From Eledone cirrhosa (lineage: Eukaryota), in contig OZ024741.1 of the NCBI GenBank assembly GCA_964016885.1, positions 4,464,001 to 4,528,000 of the forward strand: 64,000 nt of DNA. The letters run 5' to 3'. This document shows positions 13,305-30,947 of the stretch, in pieces (within the stretch, counting starts at the first letter, position 1; the number at the start of each line of letters is the position of its first letter). The notes beneath the pieces are model-generated. The model saw only the letters and a list, made by a program, of their open reading frames with translations, was not told the DNA's origin and ran no database searches. The translations under genes and the position numbers were made by a program.

Positions 13305-14027
13305 GTTGGTACGGTCACGTGATGCGCATGAAAGACGACAGCTGTATAACAAAGTGCAGGGCAATAAAGATAGACGGTAGCCACGGAGTAGGCAGACCCA
13401 GAAAAACATGGGACGAGCTGATAAATTCCGACCTCACACGCTTACACCTCTCCAAGACAATGTCACTGGACCGAGACCTTTGGCGGTACTTAGTAATAGA
13501 GAAGACCCGCCTTACCTAAATACAAAGTAAAAACCTACTACAGTCAGTAGGCATCTCTATCAAAACACACCCCCGTCCCACCACCTCCACCCCATCCACA
13601 CCGCCCCTTTCAATGTAAAGTTATGTTGGTCCCACAACATCCAGGCCGAAACAAATGAGATCGTGTAGGTGTCACGACAAAAAAACACAGTCCACGCTGT
13701 AAATGTGGCCGTGTAGGCAACACGGTAAAAACCTCCCAGCCCCACACTGTAAATGTGGTTGGTGTTAGGAAGGGCATCCAGCTGTAGAAAACCCGCCAGA
13801 CAGTCCACGCTGTAATGTGGCCGTGTAGGCAACACGGTAAAAACCTCCCAGCCCCACACTGTAAATGTGGTTGGTGTTAGGAAGGGCATCCAACTGTAGA
13901 AAACCTGCCAGACAGTCCTATGCGAGCAAGACAACCACTCTTGCCTCAAGTGGGAAAACCCCCGTCCAAACCCATGCAAGCGTGGAACACGGATGCTAAA
14001 CCTGATGATGATGATGATGATGATGAT
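13305..14027 (+). mobile_element. RTE family A 3' fragment with an internal ~113-bp tandem duplication
   Basis: [11 protein letters not shown]...KTRLT*, 3'UTR and (GAT)n tail. 13688-13800 is repeated at 13801-13912. Confidence 0.92.
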
Positions 14028-14094
14028 ATATTCATATATATATATTCATATATATATATATATTTATATATATATATATATATATATACATATA

Positions 14095-14166
<72 letters not shown>

Positions 14167-14189
14167 TATATATATATATATATATATTC

Positions 14190-14229
<40 letters not shown>

Positions 14230-14279
14230 ATATATACACAATATTAAATAAATGGAAACTATATTTATAAAACCATATT

Positions 14280-14345
14280 TATTTCATTATATATATTTCG
14301 GAGATATCATATTAACAATATGCTATGCCTTCCTCAGACAAAATA
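14280..14345 (-). ncRNA. Type I hammerhead (TATATA stem III family)
   Basis: Reverse complement reads TATTTTGT-CTGAGGA-aggcatag-CATATT-gtt-AATATG-atatctcc-GAAA-TATATA-TA-ATGAAATA. Confidence 0.72.
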
Positions 14346-15689
14346 CAATATAAACAGTTTTATAGATAAAATAGATTCGACATACCGTAATAACACCGAC
14401 TTGCATTTGAAGAGGTTAAACTGGCAGTGAAAAAATTTTACACAGAGAGAAAGAAAGAGAGAAAAAAGAAAGAAAGACAGAAAACGAAGAAAAGGAAGAA
14501 AAAGAAGAAATGCATGGAACAAAATAGAGAGATGGAAAGATAGATAAAGAGAAGAACTTCATGTAAAGAAACAGAAAGAGATATATATATATATAGAGAG
14601 AGGAAATAGAGATAGATACATATATATATAGAAAATTAGGTAGTGGGAGGTCAGTTGAGTAAATGTATCAATGATACATTTATTTATTTATTTATTTATT
14701 TATTTAGCTCTAGTATTAATGTAAGAGAGATATATAGAGAGAGAAAAAATAGCGAGAGAAAAAATTTAAAAATAGCCAGATATATTCGAGGCGTAAAAAC
14801 CTTATGTTTTAATGTATTAGTATTTATAAAACTTCCACTATATTGTAAATATCAGTATTCCTGAATGAGACAAGTATCCATAGTGTGTGAAAATTAATTA
14901 TCTTATGTTTAGTTTTTTAAAAAATTCATATGTTTATGTGATAGCTACAAACATCCATGTGAATCCACATGATCAACTCTGCAAACTCTAAGTTCATGGA
15001 AAACATTCTCAATGTGGTATAAAAATTTGAGTATACATATATGTGTATTATTATTCCTGTCTTTACTCTACAAGATTATCTATCAAGCAGAAATAGAGAG
15101 CAGATTTCAATATACTAATAAAAATATATATCAGAAACAAAACTAAAAAAATAAAAAGATAACAATAATAATAATAAGTAATAATAAAATAGAAAACTAA
15201 AAAAATATTACGAAAGAATATTACATATTAAAAATATTACATATTAAAAAATATTACGTATTAAAAAATTTACATATTAAAGATATTAAAAATAAAATAA
15301 AAAATATTATAAAATACTACAATAATAAAAAACTAAAAAAAACTACAATAATAAAAAATAAAACTAAACCACAAAGATCAACCCTTCAAAATTAATTGAC
15401 AATATATTGCCAAGTTCATTATAAGACAAAGCCAAAAATTATCTATCAAATCACATCTAGCAAAGATCATTTCAAAAAGTTTATGATGTCCAATTTGGTC
15501 TACATGTGTTCTTATATTTAATATAGAAGTTTATCTAGTGTAAGGTTTATTCAAAATATTTGGAGCATCAGCTTTTAGGGTAGCTTAATTTTTCATGAGG
15601 AATGTTTAAATAAAAATAAAATAAAAATAAACAATAAAAAAAGAATAAAAAGAAGGAATCAAAAATTTAAGGAATCAAAAATTTATCGG

Positions 15690-16461
15690 CTAGTTTCCCA
15701 TATAAATATAAATCAAACTAAATATACTACATTTAAATTTAAATTTATATTTAAACGTTGAGTTTAATCTATGTTTGCAACAACTGAATAAATTTGTCCG
15801 TAGATTAAGGGAATTTTTAGATTTTAGTATAAAGAATATCTCCTCTGCGCAGAGGTCACATGTCTCAGAGGATGAATTAAAAGGAATCCCCCTTGAGACT
15901 ATATTCCAAGCCGTTGAATATCTAACGTTATCTAGCTTAAGTTGCCAGAGTACGCCTGATAGTGCCGTTGAAGATTTTATACTTGGATCTGTGAAAGAAT
16001 TCTTGTGGTTATTATAGCGAAGTTTAAATTCCGTCGATGTGGAACCGACGTAGTTAAAAGAATTAGAGTCAGTATTAACATTACAATTGTATACTATATT
16101 TTTAACTAAGCAGTTGTTATTTAACGGACATTTAGATCTATCTCTACAGTTACATTTGTTAACTTGTATATTATTTATGCTATTATCACTAGGTTTTAAG
16201 TTCCTATTATTTATTCTATTAATATTTTGTGCTAAATTTTTGGTGGATGAGTAGGTTAATTTAATTGTATGCCTATTGAAAATTGAGTGATACCTATGTG
16301 TTCTAGGGAAGCGATTATCAAGAGCTTTGAAAAATAATTTAGCGATGTGGGTTTTAATGTTTAGTGAGAAAGGGGGGGCAAACCAAATTATGTTCCTAGT
16401 TCTATTTCTTTTTTGGCCTTTGGAATTATTGTAATGCTTTCTATTATAGTTGTTAAGGTTG

Positions 16462-16463
<2 letters not shown>
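15690..16463 (-). pseudogene. GIY-YIG endonuclease region of a PLE, open frame lacking an upstream start codon (absent from the ORF track)
   Basis: Manual translation: RNRTRNIIWFAPPFS...FPRTHRYHSIFNRHTIKLTYS...CNCRDRSKCPLNNNCL..IVYNC...NYVGST..FKLRYNNH...CDLCAEE...LNLRTNLFSCCKH. Stop TAG at 15692-15690. Confidence 0.85.
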
Positions 16464-17875
<1,412 letters not shown>

Positions 17876-17878
<3 letters not shown>

Positions 17879-18272
17879 CTAAGGCGGGTAAAATTCCCGA
17901 GATCCATGGACGAGTTCTCTCCAGCGGTCTCTGTCCCTCATTATCGCTGCCATATCCTGCATCTCCAACAGACCAGTGTCTGTCCTTAGGGCATCAACAT
18001 ATGTTAACCTTGGTCTTCCTCTTCTAGTGTGTCCATGTAGGGGCTCCCAAAGGAGCTGTATGGGTCTGAGACTTGGACACTGACCAAGAAACTCACTCAG
18101 ATGGTGGATGGGTGCTACACGAGAATGCTGAGGATGGCTCTGAACATTAATCAGTATACACTGAGGATGAAAAACTCAGAGCTGTATGGGAGCATCCCAA
18201 AAGTCAGCTCAAAAGTGACACAGAGGAGACTGAGGTTGGCTGGACATGCTCACCGACATCCAGAGTTGACAT

Positions 18273-18273
<1 letters not shown>
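17876..18273 (-). mobile_element. RTE LINE family C fragment with a 5' inversion (twin priming)
   Basis: Minus strand 18052-17879 encodes [27 protein letters not shown]...[11 protein letters not shown]. Plus strand 18055-18273 encodes the preceding segment LYGSETW...[15 protein letters not shown]. Confidence 0.85.
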
Positions 18274-18323
<50 letters not shown>

Positions 18324-18398
18324 ATATTTATATATATATTTATATATTTATATATATTTATATATATATTTATATATTTATATATATATATTTATATT

Positions 18399-18543
<145 letters not shown>

Positions 18544-18546
18544 ATT

Positions 18547-18577
<31 letters not shown>

Positions 18578-18580
18578 TTA

Positions 18581-18671
<91 letters not shown>

Positions 18672-18702
18672 ATTTATATATATATATATTTATATATTTA
18701 TA

Positions 18703-18747
<45 letters not shown>

Positions 18748-18832
18748 ATTTATATATATATATATTTATATATTTATATATATATATATTTATATATATA
18801 TATATTTATATATATATATATTTATATATATT

Positions 18833-18863
<31 letters not shown>

Positions 18864-18891
18864 TTATATATATATATATTTATATATATAT

Positions 18892-19518
18892 ATCATCATC
18901 ATCACCGTTTTACGTCCGTTCTTCCACGCTAGCATGGGTTAGACGGGTTGTCCTGTTGTGGGCAGTGTCTGGTCGGCTGACCATGCCTTGCTCATACAGG
19001 AACTGATCTGGCTTGATTTCTACAGCTGGATGCCCTTCCTAACACCAACCTCATTTACAGTGAGTGCTGGGTGCTTTTTCGTGGCGCCTACACGTCCACT
19101 TTACAGTGTGGGCTGGGTGCTTTTTTGCCGTGGCACCTCCACGACCACCTTGCGGTGGGGGGGGGGGGCATATTGTTTATATGCTTCAGCATGTACCCAT
19201 GGGAGGTCGGGTACCCTGTATTACTGCGTGACGCCAGAAGTCACGGTCGTGTGTCATTGACTTTGAGAGGTGTAGTTGGGTAAGGTCGGCTTTTATCACC
19301 TCATCCCAAGTCATCTTGGGTCTCCCCACTCCGCGGTTTCCATCAACTTCTAGTGCTCTGCACCTTTTTATGCAGCTGTCATCCTTCATACGCATCACAT
19401 GTCCATACCAGCGTAACCGCCTCTCCTGCACGCAGCATTTGATTCCTCTTATGCTCAGTCTCTCTCTCAATTCATTTATGCTTTGTCGTTCACGTATATT
19501 ACTGTTACACATCCATCG
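18892..19518 (-). mobile_element. RTE family B 3' fragment
   Basis: ORF 19186-19512 matches the family B C-terminus; (GAT)n tail at 18892-18903. Confidence 0.92.
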
Positions 19519-19529
19519 TTATGTTACAC

Positions 19530-20727
<1,198 letters not shown>

Positions 20728-20733
20728 TATATT

Positions 20734-20812
<79 letters not shown>

Positions 20813-20891
20813 TTATATATATATATATTTATATATATATTTATATATATATATATATATATACTTATATATATATATATATATATATATA

Positions 20892-21070
<179 letters not shown>

Positions 21071-21073
21071 ATT

Positions 21074-24000
21074 TCATCATCATCATCACCGTTTTACGTC
21101 CGTTCTTCCACGCTAGCATGGGTTAGACGGGTTGTCCTGTTGTGGGCAGTGTCTGATCTGGCTTGATTTCTACAGCTGGATGCCCTTCCTAACACCAACC
21201 TCATTTACAGTGAGTGCTGGGTGCTTTTTCGTGGCGCCTACACGTCCACTTTACAGTGTGGGCTGGGTGCTTTTTTGCCGTGGCACCTCCACGACCACCT
21301 TGCGGTGGGGGGGGGGGGGGCATATTGTTTATATGCTTCAGCATGTACCCATGGGAGGTCGGGTACCCTGTATTACTGCGTGACGCCAGAAGTCACGGTC
21401 ATGTGTCATTGACTTTGAGAGGTGTAGTTGGGTAAGGTCGGCTTTTATCACCTCATCCCAAGTCATCTTGGGTCTCCCCACTCCGCGGTTTCCATCAACT
21501 TCTAGTGCTCTGCACCTTTTTATGCAGCTGTCATCCTTCATACGCATCACATGTCCATACCAGCGTAACCGCCTCTCCTGCACGCAGCATTTGATTCCTC
21601 TTATGCTCAGTCTCTCTCTCAATTCCTTTATGCTTTGTCGTTCACGTATATTACTGTTACACATCCATCGGAGCATGCAGGCTTCGTTTCTCTCTAATCT
21701 ACGTAAGTCTTCCACCTTCAGCGCCCAGGTCTCACTACCATGCAACATCGCTGTTCGGATACACGCATCATACAGTCTGCCTTTCATTCTGAGGGAGAAG
21801 CCTTTTGCAGCTAGCAGTGGTAGTAGTTCCCTAAACTTCTTCCATCCCGTTCTTACCCTAGTTATTGTACTTTCTGAGCACCCACCTCCGTTGCTAATTC
21901 GGTCACCTAGGTAGCAGAAGCTGTCTACTGTTTCTACAGGGCCCTCCCAGAGATTGGTGGTACTTGTTTCCTGTGGCTGTTTGCTTGCTGTTTCAGCACA
22001 GCTGCTGCATGTGAATCCTACATTCTTAATTAAGCTTCCTGAGATCCCGCTACATCTCTTGTGTACCCATTGTTTGCATTTGGGGCAGAGAATGGAGTTC
22101 CTACCTACACCTTTCCTACATACTGAGCAAGGCCATTTCCCTGAGGGGATCTGGGTTCTGTTTTCTCATCTACTTATAAGGACCTTAGTCTTTGTCATGT
22201 TGACTTTGAGGCCCTTTCTCTCTAGTCCCTGCTTCCAGGTTTGGAATTTATTCTCTAGTTCTACCATAGATTCAGCTATGAGTGCGAGGTCATCAGCATA
22301 CAGGAGTTCCCATGGGCATCCGGTCTTAAACTCCTCCGTTATTGCCTGCAGGACTATGATGAACAGGAGAGGGCTAAGAACAGAGCCCTGGTGGACCCCA
22401 ACCTGTACGCTAAATTCCTCGCTATACTCATTGCCAATCCTAACTTTGCTGACTGCTCCCCTATACATGGCTTGTACCGCTTTCACAAGCCATTCATCTA
22501 CTCCTAGTTTTCTAAGAGCCCACCAGATTACTGCACGTGGAACTCTGTCAAAGGCTTTCTCAAGGTCGACAAATGCCAAGTAGAGTGGCTTACTTTTAGC
22601 TAGGTACTTTTCCTGTAATTGCCTCACAAGGAAGAGCGCATCAGTGGTGCCTTTCCCTGGTACAAACCCAAATTGCATCTCGTCTATATTCACCCGGTCC
22701 CTAATCAGCTGTGCTATAACTCTTTCTGTTACTTTCATGACCTGGTCCATCAACTTTATACCTCTATAGTTTCCTCTATCTAGTGCATCGCCTTTACCTT
22801 TGTAGCAGTTGACAATGATGCTACTGCACCAATCTTTTGGTATGGCCCCCTCTAGTATTACCTGGTTAACGATACGTGTGGTTATAGTGTGACCTACAGA
22901 CCCAGATGCCTTCAGCATCTCGGCAGCTATACCCGATGGACCGGTTGCCTTCCCTATCTTCATATCTCTGATTGCCTTACTTACTACGCTGCCGCTGACT
23001 TGTACTGCTGGTCCCTCTATAGGGTCTACGTGGGGTAGGGTCTCTTCTTCCCATGCATTCTCCTCATTTAGTAATCTATCATAATGACTCTTCCATGCAT
23101 CTTTCTTCTCAGCACTTGTGAGGGCAAGCTCACCTTTATCATTCCGGATACACTTCTCTCCAATGACATCACAACTATCTCTGACACACTGCCTCGCAAT
23201 CTTGAATACCTCCTGTTTCTGGTCCTCACGTTGTAAAACATGCTTGAATTTTCTATCCTCTGCTTCCCTCCTAGCTAAGTATACTTGTCGCCTAGCTTCC
23301 CTCTTGGTCTCTATGTAATGTACCCTGCTCCCCCCGTTCTTCCATTCTTTCCATGCCTGTCTCTTGGCCTTGACTGCTTCATCTACCTTATTGTTCCACC
23401 ACCAAGTCACTCTCCTCCTGCTTGAGGTCTTACTCCAGCCACAAACCTCATCCGTCGCCTCTAGTAAGTTATTTTTTAGGAACTCCCAGTTCTCTTCTAC
23501 GTTAAATGTCTCTATCTGTTCTTCTTTACTGTCGTAGGCGTTGAGTAAAATATCTTTAAATCTGTTACTGGTTGAGGGGACTTTCAGCTTCCAGATCTTT
23601 CTTCTCCAGGTTGGCCTCTGTTTCAGGGCTCGTCTAGTTCTGACCGTGAGGTCGCTGACAACTAAGCTATGTTGGGATGTACATTCCTCACTAGGGAAGG
23701 CTTTTGTGTTTACGACCGTCCATCTGTCACGTCCTCTGATGAGGATAAAATCTAACTGACTAGAGTGCTCCCCTGATCTATAGGTGATCAGGTGGTTGTC
23801 GGGTTTTTTAAAGTTTGTGTTACATATCGACATGTCATTGGCGTCGCAGAATTCTAGAAGTCTGAATCCTTCCTCATTCCTTGTGCCAACTCCATGGCCT
23901 CCATGTACTCTATTGAAGCCGTCGCAGTGTTTACCTACGTGTCCGTTAAAATCTCCTGCAATGATTAGGAAGTCCTTGTCGTCTGTTAGAGCAGTAGTGT

Positions 24001-25210
24001 GTATTAGGGACTCGTAAAACCTATCCTTAAGTTCGTCTGGCAGCCCCGATTGGGGTGCGTAAGCTGATATTATTGTGGTAATTGTCTTATTCAGGACTAG
24101 TCTGAGTTTAATGATTCTTGCATTTACCCTGTACACTGAGATTACTTTATCTACCCACTTGTCAGCTAATAGTATACCTACACCACCCATCCCATCGTCA
24201 TTTCCCACCCAGAAAAATTTGTAGCACTGGCTTTTTCCTACAAGGACTCTAGCAGACCCTCCTCTCCATCTAGTCTCTTGCACACAGCATACATCAACTT
24301 CCTTTCGCTCTAGCATTTCTACGATTTCTCCTGCTCTTCCTTTCATTGAGCCTACATTGATGGTACCAACTCGGAGTTTTGGGCATTTGTCGACACTCGT
24401 AGGGGAGGGTCTCTGGGTTGGCGCTTCACGTGGGTGCTTGGTAGCTCGCAGATTCATATTTCATCTATTGATTCAGAGTTGCTCGTGTATTCCCAGCTCA
24501 TCCATCCATAACGGTGGGAAAATTGAGGGCTAGAAGGACAGTGGTGGTGGGGTAATGGCAGGGTGTGTTGGGATGCGCCAGAGGAGGAGAGAGTTAGTTA
24601 GGCAGGTAGTAGCAGCAGCAGCAGTGGAAATGGCATGCTAGGTTTGATTGGTCGAATAGACTATGGTGGTGTGTGGGGGTGGGGGGGAGGGAAATTGTGA
24701 GGTAGGAACTGAGGGTCGCATGGTAAATATCCAAGTTAATACTACATCAGTAAAATTAACAATAATATCGTCATGAAAAAAGCTACTAAGAGAAACCCTC
24801 GAAAATTTATCGCTAATACAGCAGGGAAAATTTAACGCTAATACAGCAGGGAACATCATAATATTAACGACAATATGTAGGCTAAAATACCTTCGTAGAT
24901 TAGATGGATGGCTGGCTGGGAAAATTGGAATCAGCTCTAGTGGTACATTTTAGCAGAGAAGAATGGGAAAGTGTCTTATCTCTTCAATATTTTCAGATTG
25001 AATGAATTAGGTTAAAGACAGGGTAGTAAGCCTTAAAGAAGTGCATAGAGAGGGGGGGGGGGTAGGAACTGAGGGCCGCATGGTAAATAACTGAGAGAGA
25101 TACAATAAGATTAGAATACCGCATGGTAAATATCCAAGTTAATAAGTTAATACTACATCAGTAAAATTAACAATAATAACGTCATGAAAAAAGCTACTAA
25201 GAGAAACCCT
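21074..25210 (-). mobile_element. RTE LINE family B, near full length
   Basis: (GAT)n tail, APE-RT ORF, and ~750-bp 5'UTR with an internal repeat. Both ends lie in (TA)n. Confidence 0.95.
21338..24457 (-). pseudogene. RTE-B APE endonuclease/RT ORF with a single nonsense codon
   Basis: APE motifs GTINVG, CVQET, AYAPQ, GDFNGH, LDFIL, SQHSLV, and RT LYADD. TGA at 22168-22166 corresponds to CGA in the copy at ~32053; the frame continues to 21338. Confidence 0.92.
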
Positions 25211-25237
25211 ATATATATATTTATATATATATATATT

Positions 25238-25288
<51 letters not shown>

Positions 25289-25313
25289 ATTTATATATAT
25301 ATATTTATATATT

Positions 25314-25347
<34 letters not shown>

Positions 25348-25368
25348 TATATATATATATTTATATAT

Positions 25369-25886
25369 ATCATCATCATCATCATCATCAACGTTTAACG
25401 TCCGTGTTCCACGCTTGCATGGGTTTGGACGGGGGTAGTCCCACTTGAGGCAAGAGTGATTGTCTTGCTCGCATAGGACTGTCTGGCAGGTTTTCTACAG
25501 TTGGATGCCCTTCCTAACACCAACCACATTTACAGTGTGGGTCTGGGAGGTTTTTACCGTGTTGCCTACACGGCCACATTACAGCGTGGACTGTGTGTTT
25601 TTTTGTCGTGACACCTACACGATCTCATTTGTTTCGGCCCGGATGGCGCGGCACCAACATAACTTTACATAGGACGGGGTGGTGTGGATGGGGTGGGGGT
25701 GGTGGTGGTGGGACGGGGTGTATTTTGTTAGAGATGCCTACTGGCAAGGCGGGTCTTCTCTGTTACTGAGTACCGCCAAAGGTCTCGGTCCAGTGACATT
25801 GTCTTGGAGAGGTGTAAGTGTGTGAGGTCGGAGTTTATCAGCTCGTCCCAGGTTTTTCTAGGTCTGCCTATTCCGTGGCTACCGTC

Positions 25887-25889
<3 letters not shown>
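25369..25889 (-). mobile_element. RTE family A 3' fragment
   Basis: Tail, 3'UTR and ORF end; 28-bp-deletion subtype. Confidence 0.92.
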
Positions 25890-25952
<63 letters not shown>

Positions 25953-26103
25953 TATATATATTTATATATATATATTTATATATATATTTATATATGTATA
26001 TTTATATATATATTTATATATATATATTTATATATGTATATTTATATATGTATATTTATATATATATATTTATATATATATATTTATATATATATATTTA
26101 TAT

Positions 26104-27761
26104 ATCATCATCATCATCATCATCATCAACGTTTAACGTCCGTGTTCCACGCTTGCATGGGTTTGGACGGGGGTAGTCCCACTTGAGGCAAGAGTGATTG
26201 TCTTGCTCGCATAGGACTGTCTGGCAGGTTTTCTACAGTTGGATGCCCTTCCTAACACCAACCACATTTACAGTGTGGGTCTGGGAGGTTTTTACCGTGT
26301 TGCCTACACGGCCACATTACAGCGTGGACTGTGTGTTTTTTTGTCGTGACACCTACACGATCTCATTTGTTTCGGCCTCGATGGCGCGGCACCAACATAA
26401 CTTTACATAGAACGGGGTGGTGTGGATCGGGTGGGGGTGGTGGGACGGGGTGTATTTGTTAGAGATGCCTACTGGCTGGAGTAGGTTTTACTATATATTT
26501 AGGTAAGGCGGGTCTTCTCTGTTACTGAGTACCGCCAAAGGTCTCGGTCCAGTGACATTGTCTTGGAGAGGTGTAGGTGTGTGATGTCGGAGTTTATCAG
26601 CTCGTCCCAGGTTTTTCTAGGTCTGCCTATTCCGTGACTACCGTCTATCTTTATTGCCCTGCACTTTGTTATACAGCTATCGACTTTCATGCGCATCACG
26701 TGTCCATACCAACGTAGCCTTCTCTCGAGTAAACAACATCTGATCCCTCTTATCTCTAATTTATTCCTTAGTTCGTTTATGCTTTGCCGTTCACGTATAT
26801 TACTGTTACACATCCAGCGGAGCATGCAAGCTTCGTTCCTCTCTAGTCTGCGTATATCCTCTGCACACAATGCCCAGGTCTCACTGCCATGCAGCATTGC
26901 TGTTCGTATGCAGGCATCGTACAACCTGCCTTTCATTTTTAGTGAGAACCCTTTAGCAGCTAATAGTGGTATAAGCTCTCTGAACTTTTTCCAACCAGTT
27001 CTGACTCTAGCTACAGTACTTTCAGAGCACCCTCCCCCACTGCTGATTTTATCGCCCAGGTAACGGAAGCTGTCCACTATTTCTATAGAACCCTCTGCGC
27101 AATTGAAAGAGCTAGTAGTTTGTGGGCACTTGCTGCTACTTATTGCACCAGAGCACCGGCCACATGTAAAATCTATGTTCTTAGTTAGCCTACCTGTGAT
27201 CCCACTACATCTTTTATGCACCCATACTTTGCATTTAGGACATAAAATGGAGTTTCTACCTACGCCTTTCCTACACACCGAGCACGACCATTTCCCAGAA
27301 GGGACCGCCGCCTTGTTTTCTTTCCTACAAACTAGTACTTTGGTCTTAGCCAGGTTAATTTTAAGTCCTTTTGACTCTAGGCCGTGCTTCCATGTTTGGA
27401 ATTTCTTCTCTAGCTCGGCCATTGATTCCGCTATGAGTGTCAGGTCGTCTGCGTATAGGAGTTCCCATGGGCAGCCTGTCTTGAACTCCTCTGTTATGGC
27501 CTGAAGGGCAATAATAAATAGTAGTGGACTGAGAACAGAGCCCTGATGGACGCCGACTTTTACGCTAAACTCTTCACTATATTCGTTGTTAATTCTAACC
27601 TTGCTGACTGTTTCTTTATACATGGCTTGTATAGCCCTCACAAGCCATTCGTCAACGCCTAGTTTTCTAAGAGCCCACCAGATAATGGAGCGGGGGACTC
27701 TGTCGAAGGCTTTCTCCAAGTCGACAAAAGCTAAGTAGAGGGGTTTACCTTTAGCTAGGTA
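26104..27761 (-). mobile_element. RTE family A 5'-truncated copy (ORF 26499-27719)
   Basis: RT motifs, KTRLT* subtype and (GAT)n tail. Confidence 0.94.
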
Positions 27762-27768
27762 ATATATT

Positions 27769-27912
<144 letters not shown>

Positions 27913-27924
27913 GGAACCAGTAAG

Positions 27925-28018
27925 ACCCCGACAGCTGAGCTCAAGCCGTTTCGACGGCTAATTCTGGACTAAATGAAAATTTATCCTGGTATTTAAATAG
28001 CCGATCTTCTCAAGGGGT
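27925..28018 (-). ncRNA. Type I hammerhead, U3-A8 core variant, intact
   Basis: Reverse complement reads ACCCC-TTGAGAA-GA(t)CGGCTA...TAGCCGTC-GAAA-CGGCT-tgagctc-AGCTG-TC-GGGGT; GUC triplet. Confidence 0.78.
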
Positions 28019-29495
28019 AATTCCATATATGGTCAAAGTGATTGTCAAAAATCAGTAGTAATTCTGTGGTTGCAAATTAGTAGGGGAGATGGTGGCTAAA
28101 CCTGCCAGTAGGAGAAAGAGGGGAGGGGTGGAGTAGACCCAATCAAGCGTTGGTAGTGCCTGCTACAGCTGGGCATGAGGTCAAAGAAGATACAGGGGAG
28201 GGGAAGGGGGAAGAAGTCGGAACGGTAGGTAGAACAATGGGGTTAGAAATATATAGGAAAGAAAAAATACTGAGAGTGAAGAAAAGCAAATAAGTGTAAA
28301 GAAAAAAGTAAAGTAAATTAAATTCTACGACCTAGGTCTCAGGCTATTGTTAGGCTAGAAAAAAATAAAGAAAGAAAGAAAGAAGTAAAGAAATAAATAA
28401 ATAAAGAAATAACGAAATAAGTAAAAGAACTAGGTGGGACGAAATAGGCAAGGACCCTTTTAAGAGGTATAAGTACGTAAATGATACGGTGACGGGTCAA
28501 CAAAAGGGGCCAAAATACTAAAGAGACTACCACGAAATAAACAATAAAGGTTTCCATCCCGGGCCAGCAACGACCCAGTGCAGCAAAGTGAACTTGTACG
28601 AGATAATAATTCTGAGTCCCGAGAAAAATATATACTAATGCTAACTCTAAAAGATCTAAAACAAGCTACATGAAAGTTCGTACAAAATAAAGGTAGAATA
28701 CGGAGAAATAAATTCAGAATCCACCCCGCCCAGAAGAAAAGCGAAGCAAGAAATACTGAAACGAAAAAATAAGGCATAAGTGCCACTAAGAAATATAGAG
28801 GGCACAGAGAATAGTGGGAGCGGTCGGAAAAAGGGGACAAGTATCCGGGGTCTAAGCCAACTGCTATAAAGGGCGGAGTCCGCCAAATCTATCATAGACT
28901 AGGGGAGCGGGTGGTGGGGGTACTAAGGCTACATGGGGCCAAAGGGCAGCCTCGGGTGGGCGAGAAAAGACGCCGACAAAGGAGAAGAGCTGGGGTAGAA
29001 GGACTAAGGAGAGAGGGGGGAAGGAAATAAAGGAAGCGATAAAAGAATACAAAGAAGATCTTACGTCTTCCTTGGCAAGCAGGGGTTACCCATTGCAAAA
29101 TAGGCAAGTGGTGTGTTATAGCCCTAGTCTACCCCCCCCCCCCCCCCCGGGTCATTATGGGGTTTAAGGGCGAGGTAAGTCCTATGTAGAATTTAATTTA
29201 CTTTACTTTTTTCTTTACACTTATTTGCTTTTCTTCACTCTCAGTATTTTTTCTTTCCTATATATTTCTAACCCCATTGTTCTACCTACCGTTCCGACTT
29301 CTTCCCCCTTCCCCTCCCCTGTATCTTCTTTGACCTCATGCCCAGCTGTAGCAGGCACTACCAACGCTTGATTGGGTCTACTCCACCCCTCCCCTCTTTC
29401 TCCTACTGGCAGGTTTAGCCACCATCTCTCCTACTAATTTGCAACCACAGAATTACTACTGATTTTTGACAATCACTTTGACCATATATGGAATT

Positions 29496-29589
29496 ACCCC
29501 TTGAGAAGATCGGCTATTTAAATACCAGGATAAATTTTCATTTAGTCCAGAATTAGCCGTCAAAACGGCTTGAGCTCAGCTGTCGGGGT
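29496..29589 (+). ncRNA. Hammerhead U3-A8 variant, probably inactivated (G12>A)
   Basis: Same fold as 27925-28018, but GAAA reads AAAA at 29562-65. Confidence 0.7.
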
Positions 29590-29682
29590 CTTACTGGTTC
29601 CTATTACCCACTCTACTACCTCAAGTATTGAGTACTTTGGTGCGTTATGGTCCACCTGGTTCCCTACCACATTTCCTTCGTT

Positions 29683-30947
<1,265 letters not shown>

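Larger units (their letters stand above)
14237..16463 (-). mobile_element. 5'-truncated Naiad-like PLE (GIY-YIG, 3'UTR, hammerhead pLTR)
   Basis: Minus-strand GIY-YIG frame. Its 3'UTR is homologous to 39240-40187 and the hammerhead is at 14280-14345. (TA)n on both sides. Confidence 0.85.

Noticed and set aside
22166-22168. Programmed readthrough or Sec at the in-frame TGA of RTE-B
   Set aside because: The sister copy has CGA (Arg) here, so a CpG transition explains it.
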